From the NCBI GenBank assembly GCA_044345055.1, contig JBIJBT010000028.1, positions 1 to 32,329 on the forward strand: DNA of 32,329 nt, written 5' to 3'. Position numbers and translations under genes: made by a program. A model generated the notes under the pieces. That model searched no databases, was not told the DNA's origin, and worked only from the letters and a program-made list of their open reading frames with translations. Of this stretch, positions 10,966 to 20,189 are shown in pieces (within the stretch, counting starts at the first letter, position 1; every line of letters starts with the position of its first letter). The DNA comes from Bdellovibrionota bacterium. Its GTDB lineage: Bacteria > Bdellovibrionota_C > UBA2361 > OMIW01.

Positions 10966-11100
10966 TGGAAAGGTATTCAATCGAGCAACGGGGAATCTTT
11001 GGTACCACTATCTACAAGTGGCTTCAGCACAAAGAGTTGCCAGCTCAGCAAGTTGAACATCTATGAAAGTTAAATAGTGAGCAAATTTCTGTGAGAGTAA
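10965..11100 (+). pseudogene. Remnant of small excisionase-family (HTH_17-like) DNA-binding protein
   Basis: Frame from 10965 reads LERYSIEQRGIFGTTIYKWLQHKELPAQQVEHL*KLNSEQI, resembling the pattern TIYKWIxxKxLPAHKVGRLWKF. TGA at 11064-11066 sits where Trp is expected. Confidence 0.6.
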
Positions 11101-11220
11101 ATCAGATAAGAGTTACTCATCAAACCAAAATCAAAAGGATGAATTCAAAAAGGTCCAAAGTGAGCTAAACGCAATGACACCGTGCTCACTTCTACCTGAG
11201 TTTTAAACGAGGAGATTTGC

Positions 11221-13173
11221 GTGAGTAATCCAGAGACTTGTTTTGCAAAATTATTGAATGGAGATTTGACACTGCAATGGATAGATCCGCCGTGCATAGT
11301 TCCACTCCCCGTCGTAACTGTTGCCGCACCGTTGTTTCTTTGGGCGGGATGTTTATCTATTGTTGTGCTAAGCCTTTATCAAGGCTATCGACTTTTTACC
11401 GAATCGGCCCGAGTCGTAAAGGCTCTCAATCGACTAACCAAGCAAATAAATTCTATTGAACCACAGAATCGCGCACTCGATGGCGTAGGACTAGAAGAGC
11501 TTCGAGAGCTAATGGTGAAGTCTCCACTTGTCTCGGATGCCTGGGGTGAATTCGAAGAGACATTGCTTATCCACACAGAAGGCAATACGCAGCAAGTTTT
11601 CAATACTCGACAAGCTGATGGATATTTTTCTCAAGGGGCGATTCTCGGTGGGCGCATCAATATGCGTCTTTACTCGGCGTTCCCGGGGATACTAACAAGT
11701 ATAGGGTTACTCCTGACTTTTATTGCAATATTGCTAGGGTTGTCCCACATTCAGCCAGACCCAGCAGCCCAAGGGAAATTGACAGGTGTCGAAGAGCTAG
11801 TTTATAGCCTTTCTGGAAAATTCATATCTTCAATTTGTGCCCTCTTCTGCGCAGTTTTCTTTACTTTCTTTGAAAAGCTCAGGGAGAATCTTCTGTCCCG
11901 TTCGGTCCATGGTTTTATCAAGGCACTAAACAAGAGGTTTGCCCGAAAGCCTGCCGAACATATCCTTCAGCTAATCCAAAAAGATATCAGCGAACAATCA
12001 ATTGCATTTAGGCAATTTGGTACCGATCTTTCTGGGCATCTGAAGGAAAGCTTTAGTGAAGGGATGGGGCCGCACTTCCAAAAAGTGGCGGAAGCGGTTG
12101 AAGAATTGAAGAAGCAAAAATCAGAGTCTCTAACAGATTCACTAGGAATCATCGTTTCGGAATTTAAATCTGCTTTAATGGGTTCAACAAATTCAGAGTT
12201 TAAAACACTGGAATCAACCCTGAATAAGACCGCAGATTTAATGAGTTCGATGAATGAACAAAGTAAACTATCCCAAGAGAAGATGTCGGAAGTTCTTCAG
12301 AGTCTTGATGCAGCGGTAAGCAAGCAATCGTCATCGGGAGATGAACATCTGTCGAAATTGGCAAATACGATGCAGATAATCATCGAAAAACTGGAAGCTG
12401 CTGCTACGCAATCATCCGGAAATATGACCTCTTCAGTGACTCAATTACTTGAACAACTGCAAAGTAGCTTCAGGTCACAAGCTGCCGAGATGTCTCGCCG
12501 TAATGATGAGCTATCGGGACTGATGAAAGGAATGCTTGAGCAAGTCCAGTCAAGTCTAAATCACTCTTCATCGTCGGTTTCTTCTACTGTTAACGGCGTA
12601 CTTGAAAAGAGTTCTGAATGGACTGAAAAAACTATGGCTCAAATTGGCACAGTCCTCGAAGAGCAAACTCGGAACGCCAGAGCGGTAAATGATGCTCGTG
12701 ACTCATTGAATAGTGCGTTAGAGATTTTCAAGAGGGCTGTAAATGAAAGCTCTTCTACTCTTAGTGAAATGGGAACGGCCTCAACTTCAGTTAAAGACGG
12801 TGTAACAACCCTAACAGGTGCGGTGAGCAATCTCGGTAGAACTCAAGATAAAATAAGCGATTTGGCCTCTCTTGTTGAAAAGAACGCCGAAAGTCTCAAG
12901 TCAGTAATGGATCGCCAGTCAGATATCGTAACCAAGTATGAAATTGTCGTTAGAGATTTGGATAAGACCCTCAGCACCGTACTTAATCAAGTAACATCAA
13001 GCATTGAAAACTATTCAGCGCGAGTAAAGTCAAGCTTAGAAACTACTCTTGGTCAGTTTGACAACCATCTTGGCAATGCCACAGCAAAGCTTGGTGGAAC
13101 AGTTCAGGATTTAAGTGAAAGTCTGGAAGATTTGGTTGAGCTCGCATCGAAATCAAAGGGTAACGGATTATGA
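11221..13173 (+). CDS. zorA: Zorya protein ZorA (MotA/TolQ/ExbB-like membrane domain plus long helical tail)
   Basis: RBS GAGGAG before GTG. Three hydrophobic segments including PGILTSIGLLLTFIAILLGL and SGKFISSICALFCAVFF, a WGEFEETL motif, then ~430 aa of Ser/Leu/Gln-rich low-complexity helical tail. First gene of the operon. Confidence 0.9.
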   Translation: MSNPETCFAKLLNGDLTLQWIDPPCIVPLPVVTVAAPLFLWAGCLSIVVLSLYQGYRLFTESARVVKALNRLTKQINSIEPQNRALDGVGLEELRELMVKSPLVSDAWGEFEETLLIHTEGNTQQVFNTRQADGYFSQGAILGGRINMRLYSAFPGILTSIGLLLTFIAILLGLSHIQPDPAAQGKLTGVEELVYSLSGKFISSICALFCAVFFTFFEKLRENLLSRSVHGFIKALNKRFARKPAEHILQLIQKDISEQSIAFRQFGTDLSGHLKESFSEGMGPHFQKVAEAVEELKKQKSESLTDSLGIIVSEFKSALMGSTNSEFKTLESTLNKTADLMSSMNEQSKLSQEKMSEVLQSLDAAVSKQSSSGDEHLSKLANTMQIIIEKLEAAATQSSGNMTSSVTQLLEQLQSSFRSQAAEMSRRNDELSGLMKGMLEQVQSSLNHSSSSVSSTVNGVLEKSSEWTEKTMAQIGTVLEEQTRNARAVNDARDSLNSALEIFKRAVNESSSTLSEMGTASTSVKDGVTTLTGAVSNLGRTQDKISDLASLVEKNAESLKSVMDRQSDIVTKYEIVVRDLDKTLSTVLNQVTSSIENYSARVKSSLETTLGQFDNHLGNATAKLGGTVQDLSESLEDLVELASKSKGNGL

Positions 13174-13820
13174 GTGGTGATTCAGAACACTCCGCACTCA
13201 GCAGTTCTCTAACTGATATGATGACTTCACTTATGGTCATATTCGTACTGCTGTTGGTAAATTATCTAGGAAATAGGCAGGACGAAATTCAAATTGCTCG
13301 AAGCAAAACCGACGAAATGCAGGATAAGTTAACAACAAAACTAAAAGATGCTCTTGTTGATGGAGTCGAGGTTAAGAAACTAGATAACTATAACTTAGTA
13401 GTCATAGTTCCGGAGGATAAGTTACAATTTGAAACTGGAAAGAATGAGCTTAACGACTCTGCAACGGAGTTCTTATCGAAATTTGTTCCCGCTCTTTTGG
13501 ATATTTACGTAGCTTTCGAGGATGACGTTAGCCTAATAAATGTAGAAGGACATTCAGACAATAAGCTTCGTAAAGATGCGGCGAATGAGTACTACAATTG
13601 GGATCTAAGCCAAGAGCGAGCCAGTGCTGTTATGAAGTTCATATTTAATCTACGAAAAGGCAGCTTGGAAATTGAAAAGTTTAAAAGTATCGCATTGTTT
13701 GGGGGCCGTGGTCCTATCGAATGCCAATACCCCGAACAAGCGGATGAATTACTCAGAAAAACCTGTAGAACTGTAAAATTTAAGATCCGTTTGAAATCAA
13801 GTGAGGAGGCCAAAGCGTGA
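13170..13820 (+). CDS. zorB: Zorya protein ZorB (MotB-like TM plus OmpA-type peptidoglycan-binding domain)
   Basis: SLTDMMTSLMVIFVLLLV single TM with conserved Asp16; OmpA_C motifs FETGK, VEGHSD, NWDLSQERASAV; ATGA overlap with zorA. Confidence 0.92.
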   Translation: MSGDSEHSALSSSLTDMMTSLMVIFVLLLVNYLGNRQDEIQIARSKTDEMQDKLTTKLKDALVDGVEVKKLDNYNLVVIVPEDKLQFETGKNELNDSATEFLSKFVPALLDIYVAFEDDVSLINVEGHSDNKLRKDAANEYYNWDLSQERASAVMKFIFNLRKGSLEIEKFKSIALFGGRGPIECQYPEQADELLRKTCRTVKFKIRLKSSEEAKA

Positions 13821-15187
13821 ACCATGGTTCGTCAACAGAGTTAATGTTCTTTTCAGAACTATTGAGGTCTGTGAAGGGATTGCAACGTCTGACGATTTCG
13901 CTGAATCCCGCCGAACATACTCCTTTTGAGGAAGATAAGAGTTTCTGTCCTAAATTGATAAATGAGACAGAAGCTCTTTCGAAGTCTTCTTCATCAGTAC
14001 CACCCGAACTTGATCGTGGATTGGTCATAGCTGGGTGGAAGCAATATAAAATACATTGTAACGCTTCATCCTTGTCCGCTCGGGATTGCAAACGGTACTG
14101 CTGGGTTCCCGATATCGTGGTCGATAGCCAATTTAAGGAGCTGATCGTTGAACAGAAAATCCCAATTACGCTCCCATCACTGCGGGGCCTCCTATATTGT
14201 TATCACGAACGATTTAGTAGTTTATCTAAAGATCGCAAGTTTACTGCGAAAATTCGAACCCTAATAGCCTCAAAGTCACCGGCAAACGGCACTGTAAGTA
14301 AGTGGAACAATTCTGTTGATAGCCTCATAGGAGAAAAAGCTCCCCGAAATTTTGCAAAAGATGCTGGTCGAAATTGGGAGCTGCCTGAAAAACGACTGGA
14401 AAAGTTTGGATTAAATCCCACTACAGAATTTGCCCAGCGATTTGCATCCGAGCTTGCACTTCTTGCAGCAGATAGATTTGATTCTATTAAACAGAACCAG
14501 GTGACCAAGATTATTCAGGGAATTCTGTCGTCAAATTTAGTAGATCGTAAAGACTACAAGAAAGCAATATCTACTATCATCCTCTCCTATACTGCCAATG
14601 AGACCGAAGAAATTCAAGGTGTATTAATTGATTTCTTCCTGCGCAATCAAGGCTTAGGTGACCCACGAATCAGCCCAGAAAATTGGGCAGGAATTAAGGA
14701 GACTGCTAAATCTAGAGTTATACAATGGCTTTCTCGCGAGGATATTAACTTCTTCTTTGAGCTCTTGCTGCGTGACCGAGATGACAAACATGGCAGAAAG
14801 AGTTTCTGGTTGCAGTACGTTGATAAGGTGTCACGGTCACGCGCACTCATCTCCAAGGAAGATTTGCGAAAACATTCCGTTAGACTTCGCGAGATGGAGG
14901 ATAAGGGACGTTCCTATGGCGAACTAGTTGGGTCAAATTCATCAAGCGGATTTGTATTGGATTTTGGAAGAATAGTCGTCATTGAATTCAGCGAAGTTGG
15001 CAATGCTTGTTATATCTATGAGAAGGAAGCTTTCTCGGAGTTATACAAGGATTTTTGGGCAAAGGAATTTCCGTTTACTCACCTTAAGAATAAAAGCTTG
15101 GTTGCCGAACGAATCACACGGTCAATGAAGGACTGGCAATCATCCGCCCGACAAATTCTCTCAAAATTTGGAGTTAGACGTGGATAG
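13817..15187 (+). CDS. zorC: Zorya protein ZorC (EH-signature domain protein)
   Basis: Motifs LGDPRI..NW, QWLSREDINFFFE, RKSFWLQY, IEFSEVGNACYIY typical of EH_Signature proteins; RBS GAGGAGG; GTGA overlap with zorB; lies between zorB and the SNF2 gene. Confidence 0.85.
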   Translation: MNHGSSTELMFFSELLRSVKGLQRLTISLNPAEHTPFEEDKSFCPKLINETEALSKSSSSVPPELDRGLVIAGWKQYKIHCNASSLSARDCKRYCWVPDIVVDSQFKELIVEQKIPITLPSLRGLLYCYHERFSSLSKDRKFTAKIRTLIASKSPANGTVSKWNNSVDSLIGEKAPRNFAKDAGRNWELPEKRLEKFGLNPTTEFAQRFASELALLAADRFDSIKQNQVTKIIQGILSSNLVDRKDYKKAISTIILSYTANETEEIQGVLIDFFLRNQGLGDPRISPENWAGIKETAKSRVIQWLSREDINFFFELLLRDRDDKHGRKSFWLQYVDKVSRSRALISKEDLRKHSVRLREMEDKGRSYGELVGSNSSSGFVLDFGRIVVIEFSEVGNACYIYEKEAFSELYKDFWAKEFPFTHLKNKSLVAERITRSMKDWQSSARQILSKFGVRRG

Positions 15188-18100
15188 GCAAGCACTAAAA
15201 GAGCTACCAATCGCTTCGTTCGCATCAGAGGTTGATGTTCTAGCAACAGCCAATGGCCTTATCATCCGCTATACTGGCTCCGACCAGCAAGTTGATCTGA
15301 GTTATAAGTCGTCTTGGGAGAAACTTAAACGAATCTCTCGTGAAGGAATATTTCTCTCTCAGTCTGTAGAGCAGTTGGTTCAAATGGAACTTATAATTCC
15401 AGAATGTCCCAACCTGAAAATTGAATATAGTGATTTGCCTGAATTAGCTGAACTTAGCTCAGATTTTATTGATGGGATTGTTCCTTGGGCACCCTTCTCG
15501 ATCCACATTCAAGCGAAAGGAATTATTGGAACAAGCTCATTTCAACCATCTTATCAGTTCATGCTTGGCAAACTTCACTCCTTCCCGTTCAGAGTTGGAC
15601 CGTTTCTTTCTCGACTGCGACAGGACACTATCTATCGTTTGTCACCATCAAACTTTAAACTGGTTGAAGAAATTGATTCCTTTAATGCCTTACAACCGAA
15701 TGAAAGGAGCAAAGAACGGGCTTTAATTTGTCTTTCTAGAATAAAGGAACTTACTGGAGGGTTTGGGCTTGATGAGTACCTAGATAGTGAAGGAGTTATC
15801 ATTCCCCAAAAGGTAAAAATTGATATTGTTTCTGAAGAGCACGGATTTATCTCTTTATTTCCCTCTTTTAAGGGGGTTCCAGCAGAATCACTTAGAAAGG
15901 AATTTTTCCGCCTTAGTGATGTTCAGAAAGTTTACGATATACAAGCCTCATCAGGGAAAAGAGTCCGAGTTCTCCTGCCTGACGAGATGATTCCAATTCT
16001 AAAAGACATTCAGAAAATACGTCGCGTTAGTGGTGCAACTCGGGATCGAGTTGTTGCCGATGTGATGAGTTGTTTCTCTGATGGTGTAGATAGAGAATTC
16101 ATTGATGTCGACGAGTTTGGGCCTCGCGTTAAGGGAATTTGCGAGGTTCCTGAACGTGCACAAATTCTAATTAATGCGGAGAGTCGAGGATGGGATGGCA
16201 TAAGCGAGGATGAGGAATTTGAAGGGTCGAAATCAGACCCCAATAAACCCTTGATTATCAGTGTCCCAACCGATGATGGAAGCAAAGACGTTCCACTTTC
16301 CTTTAGGGAATTTAGACAATTTGCCCGTCAAGTTGCGGAAGCTCAGGTTGATGATTCAGCCCAAGTTATATGGAATAAATCACATATATTGATCGATGAT
16401 GCGTTAGTTTCTCAGATAAGAGAAATAGAGACGCGAATAGATCGAAGAAGAGTGGGTGGAATTAATATTATAGAGGAGGTCAAATCATGCCAAGTTCTAA
16501 ATATTCATCAGAACTATGAATCAACCAGTTACTTTGAGGGAAATCTTGGAAGTATTGAAACACTTTCTAATCGGCCCAGTATACCTTTAAGTTTAAAGGA
16601 TAATCGAGTATCTAAAGATGGTAGCATTGAACCATTTCAATTAAAGCGTCACCAAGAGCAAGGCGTCCTTTGGCTCCAAAATCTGTTCAATAATCGAGTA
16701 AAACGGAGGGGATGTTTATTAGCTGATGATATGGGTCTGGGGAAAACTCTTCAAATCTTGACCTTCTTAGCATGGTGCATTGAGTCAGGCTACAAAAAAG
16801 GACTGGGCGAAGAGACTCCACCCTATGAACCTATTTTAATAGTTGCGCCAATCATTTTGCTCAATAATTGGCTCAAGGAAATGGAGCGTTTCTTTAAAAA
16901 TGATATCTTCAGTCCTACAGTTATCTTGTATGGCTCTGAAATCAAGCAATACAGTCTTGATCGAAGTCAGTCGGGTCGAGAAACAAAGGATGGTCGTCAA
17001 AAGCTGGATTTAGAAAAAATTCGGGAAAATCGAGTCGTCATAACGAACTACGATACAGTAAAGAATTATCAGCACAGTTTAGCTAAAATTCCTTGGACTG
17101 TGATAGTAACCGACGAAGCTCAAGAATTTAAGATTCAGAATCAAAAATCAGATGCGCTTAAAGCACTAAAAGCTCACTTCCGAATTGTTGCAACGGGGAC
17201 ACCCGTTGAAAATCGACTTCTGGACTTATGGAATCTTGTAGATTTCATGCATCCAGGTTCTCTGCTGGGTTCTGCAAGAGAGTTTCATAATCGATTCGAA
17301 AAGGATATCGGTACTAAAAGTCATGATGAAAAAAAGATTCTTACAAGAGATTTAAGGAATGCATTGTTCTATGATCGTCCCGATGCTTTCGTTCTCAGGA
17401 GAGACAAAGAGAGTGAGTTAACCGAGCTACCTAAAAAAGAGGAACATAGATATATTTGTTTAATGACAGATAAATTGAAGCAACTTCATTTTGATATTGT
17501 AAAGCAGTTTAGGGAAGGTCAATCTGAAAAGCGTCAGTTTGCGTTGATCGATTCTTTAAAAAAACTGTATCTGCATCCTCGCCTACTGCACGGTCAGCAG
17601 CCGATAGTCGATCCACAGGCCATAGTTTCTGAAAGCTCAAAGCTGGAAAAGGTCATTGAAGTTATTGAAGAGAAGATAAGATCAAGGCGTGAAAAAGTCC
17701 TCATTTTTGCCCAGTTTACGCACCTTCAAACCTTATTAGCTGAAGTTCTTGGAACAATTTTTGGATTGAAAATTGAAATTATAAGTGGTGCTTCCGATTC
17801 GCAAAGGAAAGGGATTCTAGAACGAAGAGAGCAGACTATTAATAATTTTGAGGCAAAAAATGGCTTCAATATTCTCATTCTCTCACCAAAAGTTGCTGGC
17901 GTGGGTCTAACAATCACTGGTGCAAATCACGTCATTCACTATGAGAGGTGGTGGAACCCTGCGAAAGAGGCACAGGCAACAGATCGAGCCTACCGTATCG
18001 GACAGAAGAAGGATGTTCACGTTTACTACTTCATTGCATCCGATCCTGATAAGGAAATCATTTCTTTTGATGAAAAACTTGACGAATTACTTTCAGAGAA

Positions 18101-18713
18101 GAGGGAGCTAGCAAAAGATTTTCTTATTCCAAGGCAAAGTGAGAGGGATTGTCAATTAGCGCTAGTACAAAGACTACAAGATTCAAAGTTCGAAGAGCCA
18201 AAATATACGAGACAAGACGATCTAACTTCAGTAAGGACGCTTCTTGATGTTGATAGATTATCACCGCACCAATTTGAAGTGCTTATTGCTCTTATTTATC
18301 GGCGTGAGGGATTACTCACGATATTATGCCCGAATACGGGAGATGGCGGCGCAGATGTCTTAGTTATTGGTCTAAACGACCTTACATATATCCAGTGTAA
18401 ACATTCAACTTGTATGAAAACTCAGAATATACGCGCGATACAAGATCTTGAAGAAGCACCCGACGTTTATCGCAGAGAGGTCCTATCTGATAATCTTCGT
18501 CGTCGACCACCTAAACTAATTGCGTGGACTAATTCCAGGTTTGATCAGGATGCAAAAGCATTAGGTGCAAGGTGTGGAATTGTTCTCAATGAAGGAAAAC
18601 AATTAGAGGCTCTGCTTCCGAAACTGAATATTAGTCTTGCAGATATTATGGAGTTTGAATCCGAAAGGAAGGTAAATCTCAAGGCAATTAAAGATGCCTT
18701 AAAAAATATGTAG
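15168..18713 (+). CDS. zorD: Zorya protein ZorD (SNF2 helicase/ATPase with C-terminal Mrr-like nuclease)
   Basis: LADDMGLGKT, DEAQ, TGTPVENRLLDLW, GVGLTITGANHVIHYERWWNPAKEAQATDRAYRIGQ; C-terminal LSPHQFE...GDGGADV...IQCKH (Mrr_cat D..QxK). TTG start overlapping the zorC end is uncertain. Confidence 0.9.
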   Translation: MELDVDRQALKELPIASFASEVDVLATANGLIIRYTGSDQQVDLSYKSSWEKLKRISREGIFLSQSVEQLVQMELIIPECPNLKIEYSDLPELAELSSDFIDGIVPWAPFSIHIQAKGIIGTSSFQPSYQFMLGKLHSFPFRVGPFLSRLRQDTIYRLSPSNFKLVEEIDSFNALQPNERSKERALICLSRIKELTGGFGLDEYLDSEGVIIPQKVKIDIVSEEHGFISLFPSFKGVPAESLRKEFFRLSDVQKVYDIQASSGKRVRVLLPDEMIPILKDIQKIRRVSGATRDRVVADVMSCFSDGVDREFIDVDEFGPRVKGICEVPERAQILINAESRGWDGISEDEEFEGSKSDPNKPLIISVPTDDGSKDVPLSFREFRQFARQVAEAQVDDSAQVIWNKSHILIDDALVSQIREIETRIDRRRVGGINIIEEVKSCQVLNIHQNYESTSYFEGNLGSIETLSNRPSIPLSLKDNRVSKDGSIEPFQLKRHQEQGVLWLQNLFNNRVKRRGCLLADDMGLGKTLQILTFLAWCIESGYKKGLGEETPPYEPILIVAPIILLNNWLKEMERFFKNDIFSPTVILYGSEIKQYSLDRSQSGRETKDGRQKLDLEKIRENRVVITNYDTVKNYQHSLAKIPWTVIVTDEAQEFKIQNQKSDALKALKAHFRIVATGTPVENRLLDLWNLVDFMHPGSLLGSAREFHNRFEKDIGTKSHDEKKILTRDLRNALFYDRPDAFVLRRDKESELTELPKKEEHRYICLMTDKLKQLHFDIVKQFREGQSEKRQFALIDSLKKLYLHPRLLHGQQPIVDPQAIVSESSKLEKVIEVIEEKIRSRREKVLIFAQFTHLQTLLAEVLGTIFGLKIEIISGASDSQRKGILERREQTINNFEAKNGFNILILSPKVAGVGLTITGANHVIHYERWWNPAKEAQATDRAYRIGQKKDVHVYYFIASDPDKEIISFDEKLDELLSEKRELAKDFLIPRQSERDCQLALVQRLQDSKFEEPKYTRQDDLTSVRTLLDVDRLSPHQFEVLIALIYRREGLLTILCPNTGDGGADVLVIGLNDLTYIQCKHSTCMKTQNIRAIQDLEEAPDVYRREVLSDNLRRRPPKLIAWTNSRFDQDAKALGARCGIVLNEGKQLEALLPKLNISLADIMEFESERKVNLKAIKDALKNM

Positions 18714-18941
18714 CGAGATTTCGGACGGAATTTTGATGAGCTGTTGTGTTGGTTCACCGAAAATCTGACATCGGCCGGTTGCCCTTACCCCCATTTTCGG
18801 ATCACATGCCTAAAATAAAATCTCCATCAGAAAAATACTAAAAATCCCGCCTACAATTTATCCTATTCGCTGTACCCACTTTCAACTCCCGCAATTCCCG
18901 ACCTTCTCCCGCTCTCTCCCTTCATTGATTTCGGTCTTCCT

Positions 18942-20189
18942 TCACTCCTGTTCCATCTTTTCTTCATTCGTCATCTGGTCGGCATAGGCGAGCATTTCGG
19001 CTATTAGCTCCTCTTGTAGCAATGTCAGCGCACGCATTGATGAGGGAAGGACTAGGGTGAGGAGGAGGAGGCGCCAGAAGGGGAGGGTGCGGGCGGTGAA
19101 GAGGCCGATTGCGGCGGATGTGATTAAGGCAAATGGAGTAGAGAGGCCAAAGCCTAAAATTATTAGAGTTAGGGCGAGGAGTGTGTACCAGATTAAGAAA
19201 ACTGCGGTGCCTGCAAAAAAAGTGTACATGCCGAGTTGGTCTTTATCGGGGCTCATATTGGTTGCGGTGTAGCGGGTGACTTCGTAGGGGATTAGGTGGA
19301 GGGTTATGCCGATTAGAACAAGGGGTATTGAGGCGAGAAACCATTGAGGAACTTCGCCGCTCAAGGGTAGTGAGAGAAGTGTGCGAGCGCGAGTAAGAAA
19401 TTCGGCCGCCCGTTCGGGATAGAGAGGAGCTAGGGTTGCGACCGCTTTTGCTATTTTCGTAAAGGACTGAGTGTCGACCTCGCTGATGCGGCCGCTGCGG
19501 GTAAAGAGTTGATGTGTAGCATCAATTAGAGGAGCAAGCTCTGCTTGTTCGACGTGCACCGTGAGCTGTTTTAGAGCGAGCTCGATGGTTTCGGTGACAT
19601 GGTGAACTGCGGAGGCGGGATTTTGTTCGTAGAGCTCGCGAAAATCGGAGATGCGAATAGGATCGCCGACCTTGATAGCGACACCGCTGTTCCATCCGAG
19701 AAAATGTGCGTAGGTGATTCCGATTGGTTGGATTTGAACTCCGAGTGCCCAGTTATTGTGCTCATCGGCGAAGAATGCCATGCGCGCGGCGCCTGTTTTT
19801 AATTTAAGCACGGTGCGGCCACCGACGCTTGTTCCTTCAGGAAATATAGCTACTGCGTTCTGATATTCGAGGAGATGGCGAACCTCGTCGAATGTTTTAT
19901 CGTTTGATTCAGATGGGAGTCGATCTGTTCTGCGGTAGACTGGAATCAGATGACACGAGCGGAGGAACCACGAGGCGACGGGGTTACGAAATAGGGTCGA
20001 TTTCCCGAGAAAAAAGAGGGGTCGTTGGTATACACCAAGAAGGAGCAGCGGATCGAGGGCCATATTAGGATGATTGCCCGCGATAAGGAGTGGACCCTTA
20101 TTGATCGGCTTAGAACCTTGCACCTCTATCTGTCTAAAATAGCCCTTCAGTAATAGCGCTATGGAGCGTTGTCCGAGAGTAAAGAGCAT
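18942..20189 (-). CDS. PlsC-family glycerolipid/lysophospholipid acyltransferase with C-terminal TM segments
   Basis: Catalytic HxxxxD (NHPNMALD), FLGKSTLF, IPVYRR, IFPEG, LKTGAAR motifs; RBS-like AGGA upstream. Confidence 0.88.
   Translation of the reverse strand: MLFTLGQRSIALLLKGYFRQIEVQGSKPINKGPLLIAGNHPNMALDPLLLLGVYQRPLFFLGKSTLFRNPVASWFLRSCHLIPVYRRTDRLPSESNDKTFDEVRHLLEYQNAVAIFPEGTSVGGRTVLKLKTGAARMAFFADEHNNWALGVQIQPIGITYAHFLGWNSGVAIKVGDPIRISDFRELYEQNPASAVHHVTETIELALKQLTVHVEQAELAPLIDATHQLFTRSGRISEVDTQSFTKIAKAVATLAPLYPERAAEFLTRARTLLSLPLSGEVPQWFLASIPLVLIGITLHLIPYEVTRYTATNMSPDKDQLGMYTFFAGTAVFLIWYTLLALTLIILGFGLSTPFALITSAAIGLFTARTLPFWRLLLLTLVLPSSMRALTLLQEELIAEMLAYADQMTNEEKMEQE

Larger units (their letters stand above)
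9892..18900. mobile_element. tRNA-associated defence island (boundaries approximate)
   Basis: Begins right after the tRNA 3' end. Visibly AT-richer than the flanks (hand count: line 16381 = 22/60 GC vs line 29401 = 33/60). Contains an IS relic, an excisionase-like relic and a defence operon. No integrase or clear att duplication. Confidence 0.7.

Noticed and set aside
10515..11066. In-frame TGA codons at conserved positions as a sign of an alternative genetic code
   Set aside because: Intact genes here (pbpC, zorA, zorB, murC, murB) end in TGA and use TGG for Trp; these TGAs are pseudogene lesions.
11221..13820. Flagellar stator motAB or chemoreceptor interpretation
   Set aside because: The long tail, absence of flagellar/chemotaxis genes and coupling to EH-signature and SNF2-nuclease genes indicate ZorAB.
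18881..18915. TTCAACTCCC...CCCGACC resembles the tRNA-Val 3' end (TTCAAGTCCC...CCCACC), a possible attR at the island's right edge
   Set aside because: Only 9/10 identity followed by poor alignment in a pyrimidine-rich tract; indistinguishable from chance without a comparative empty site.
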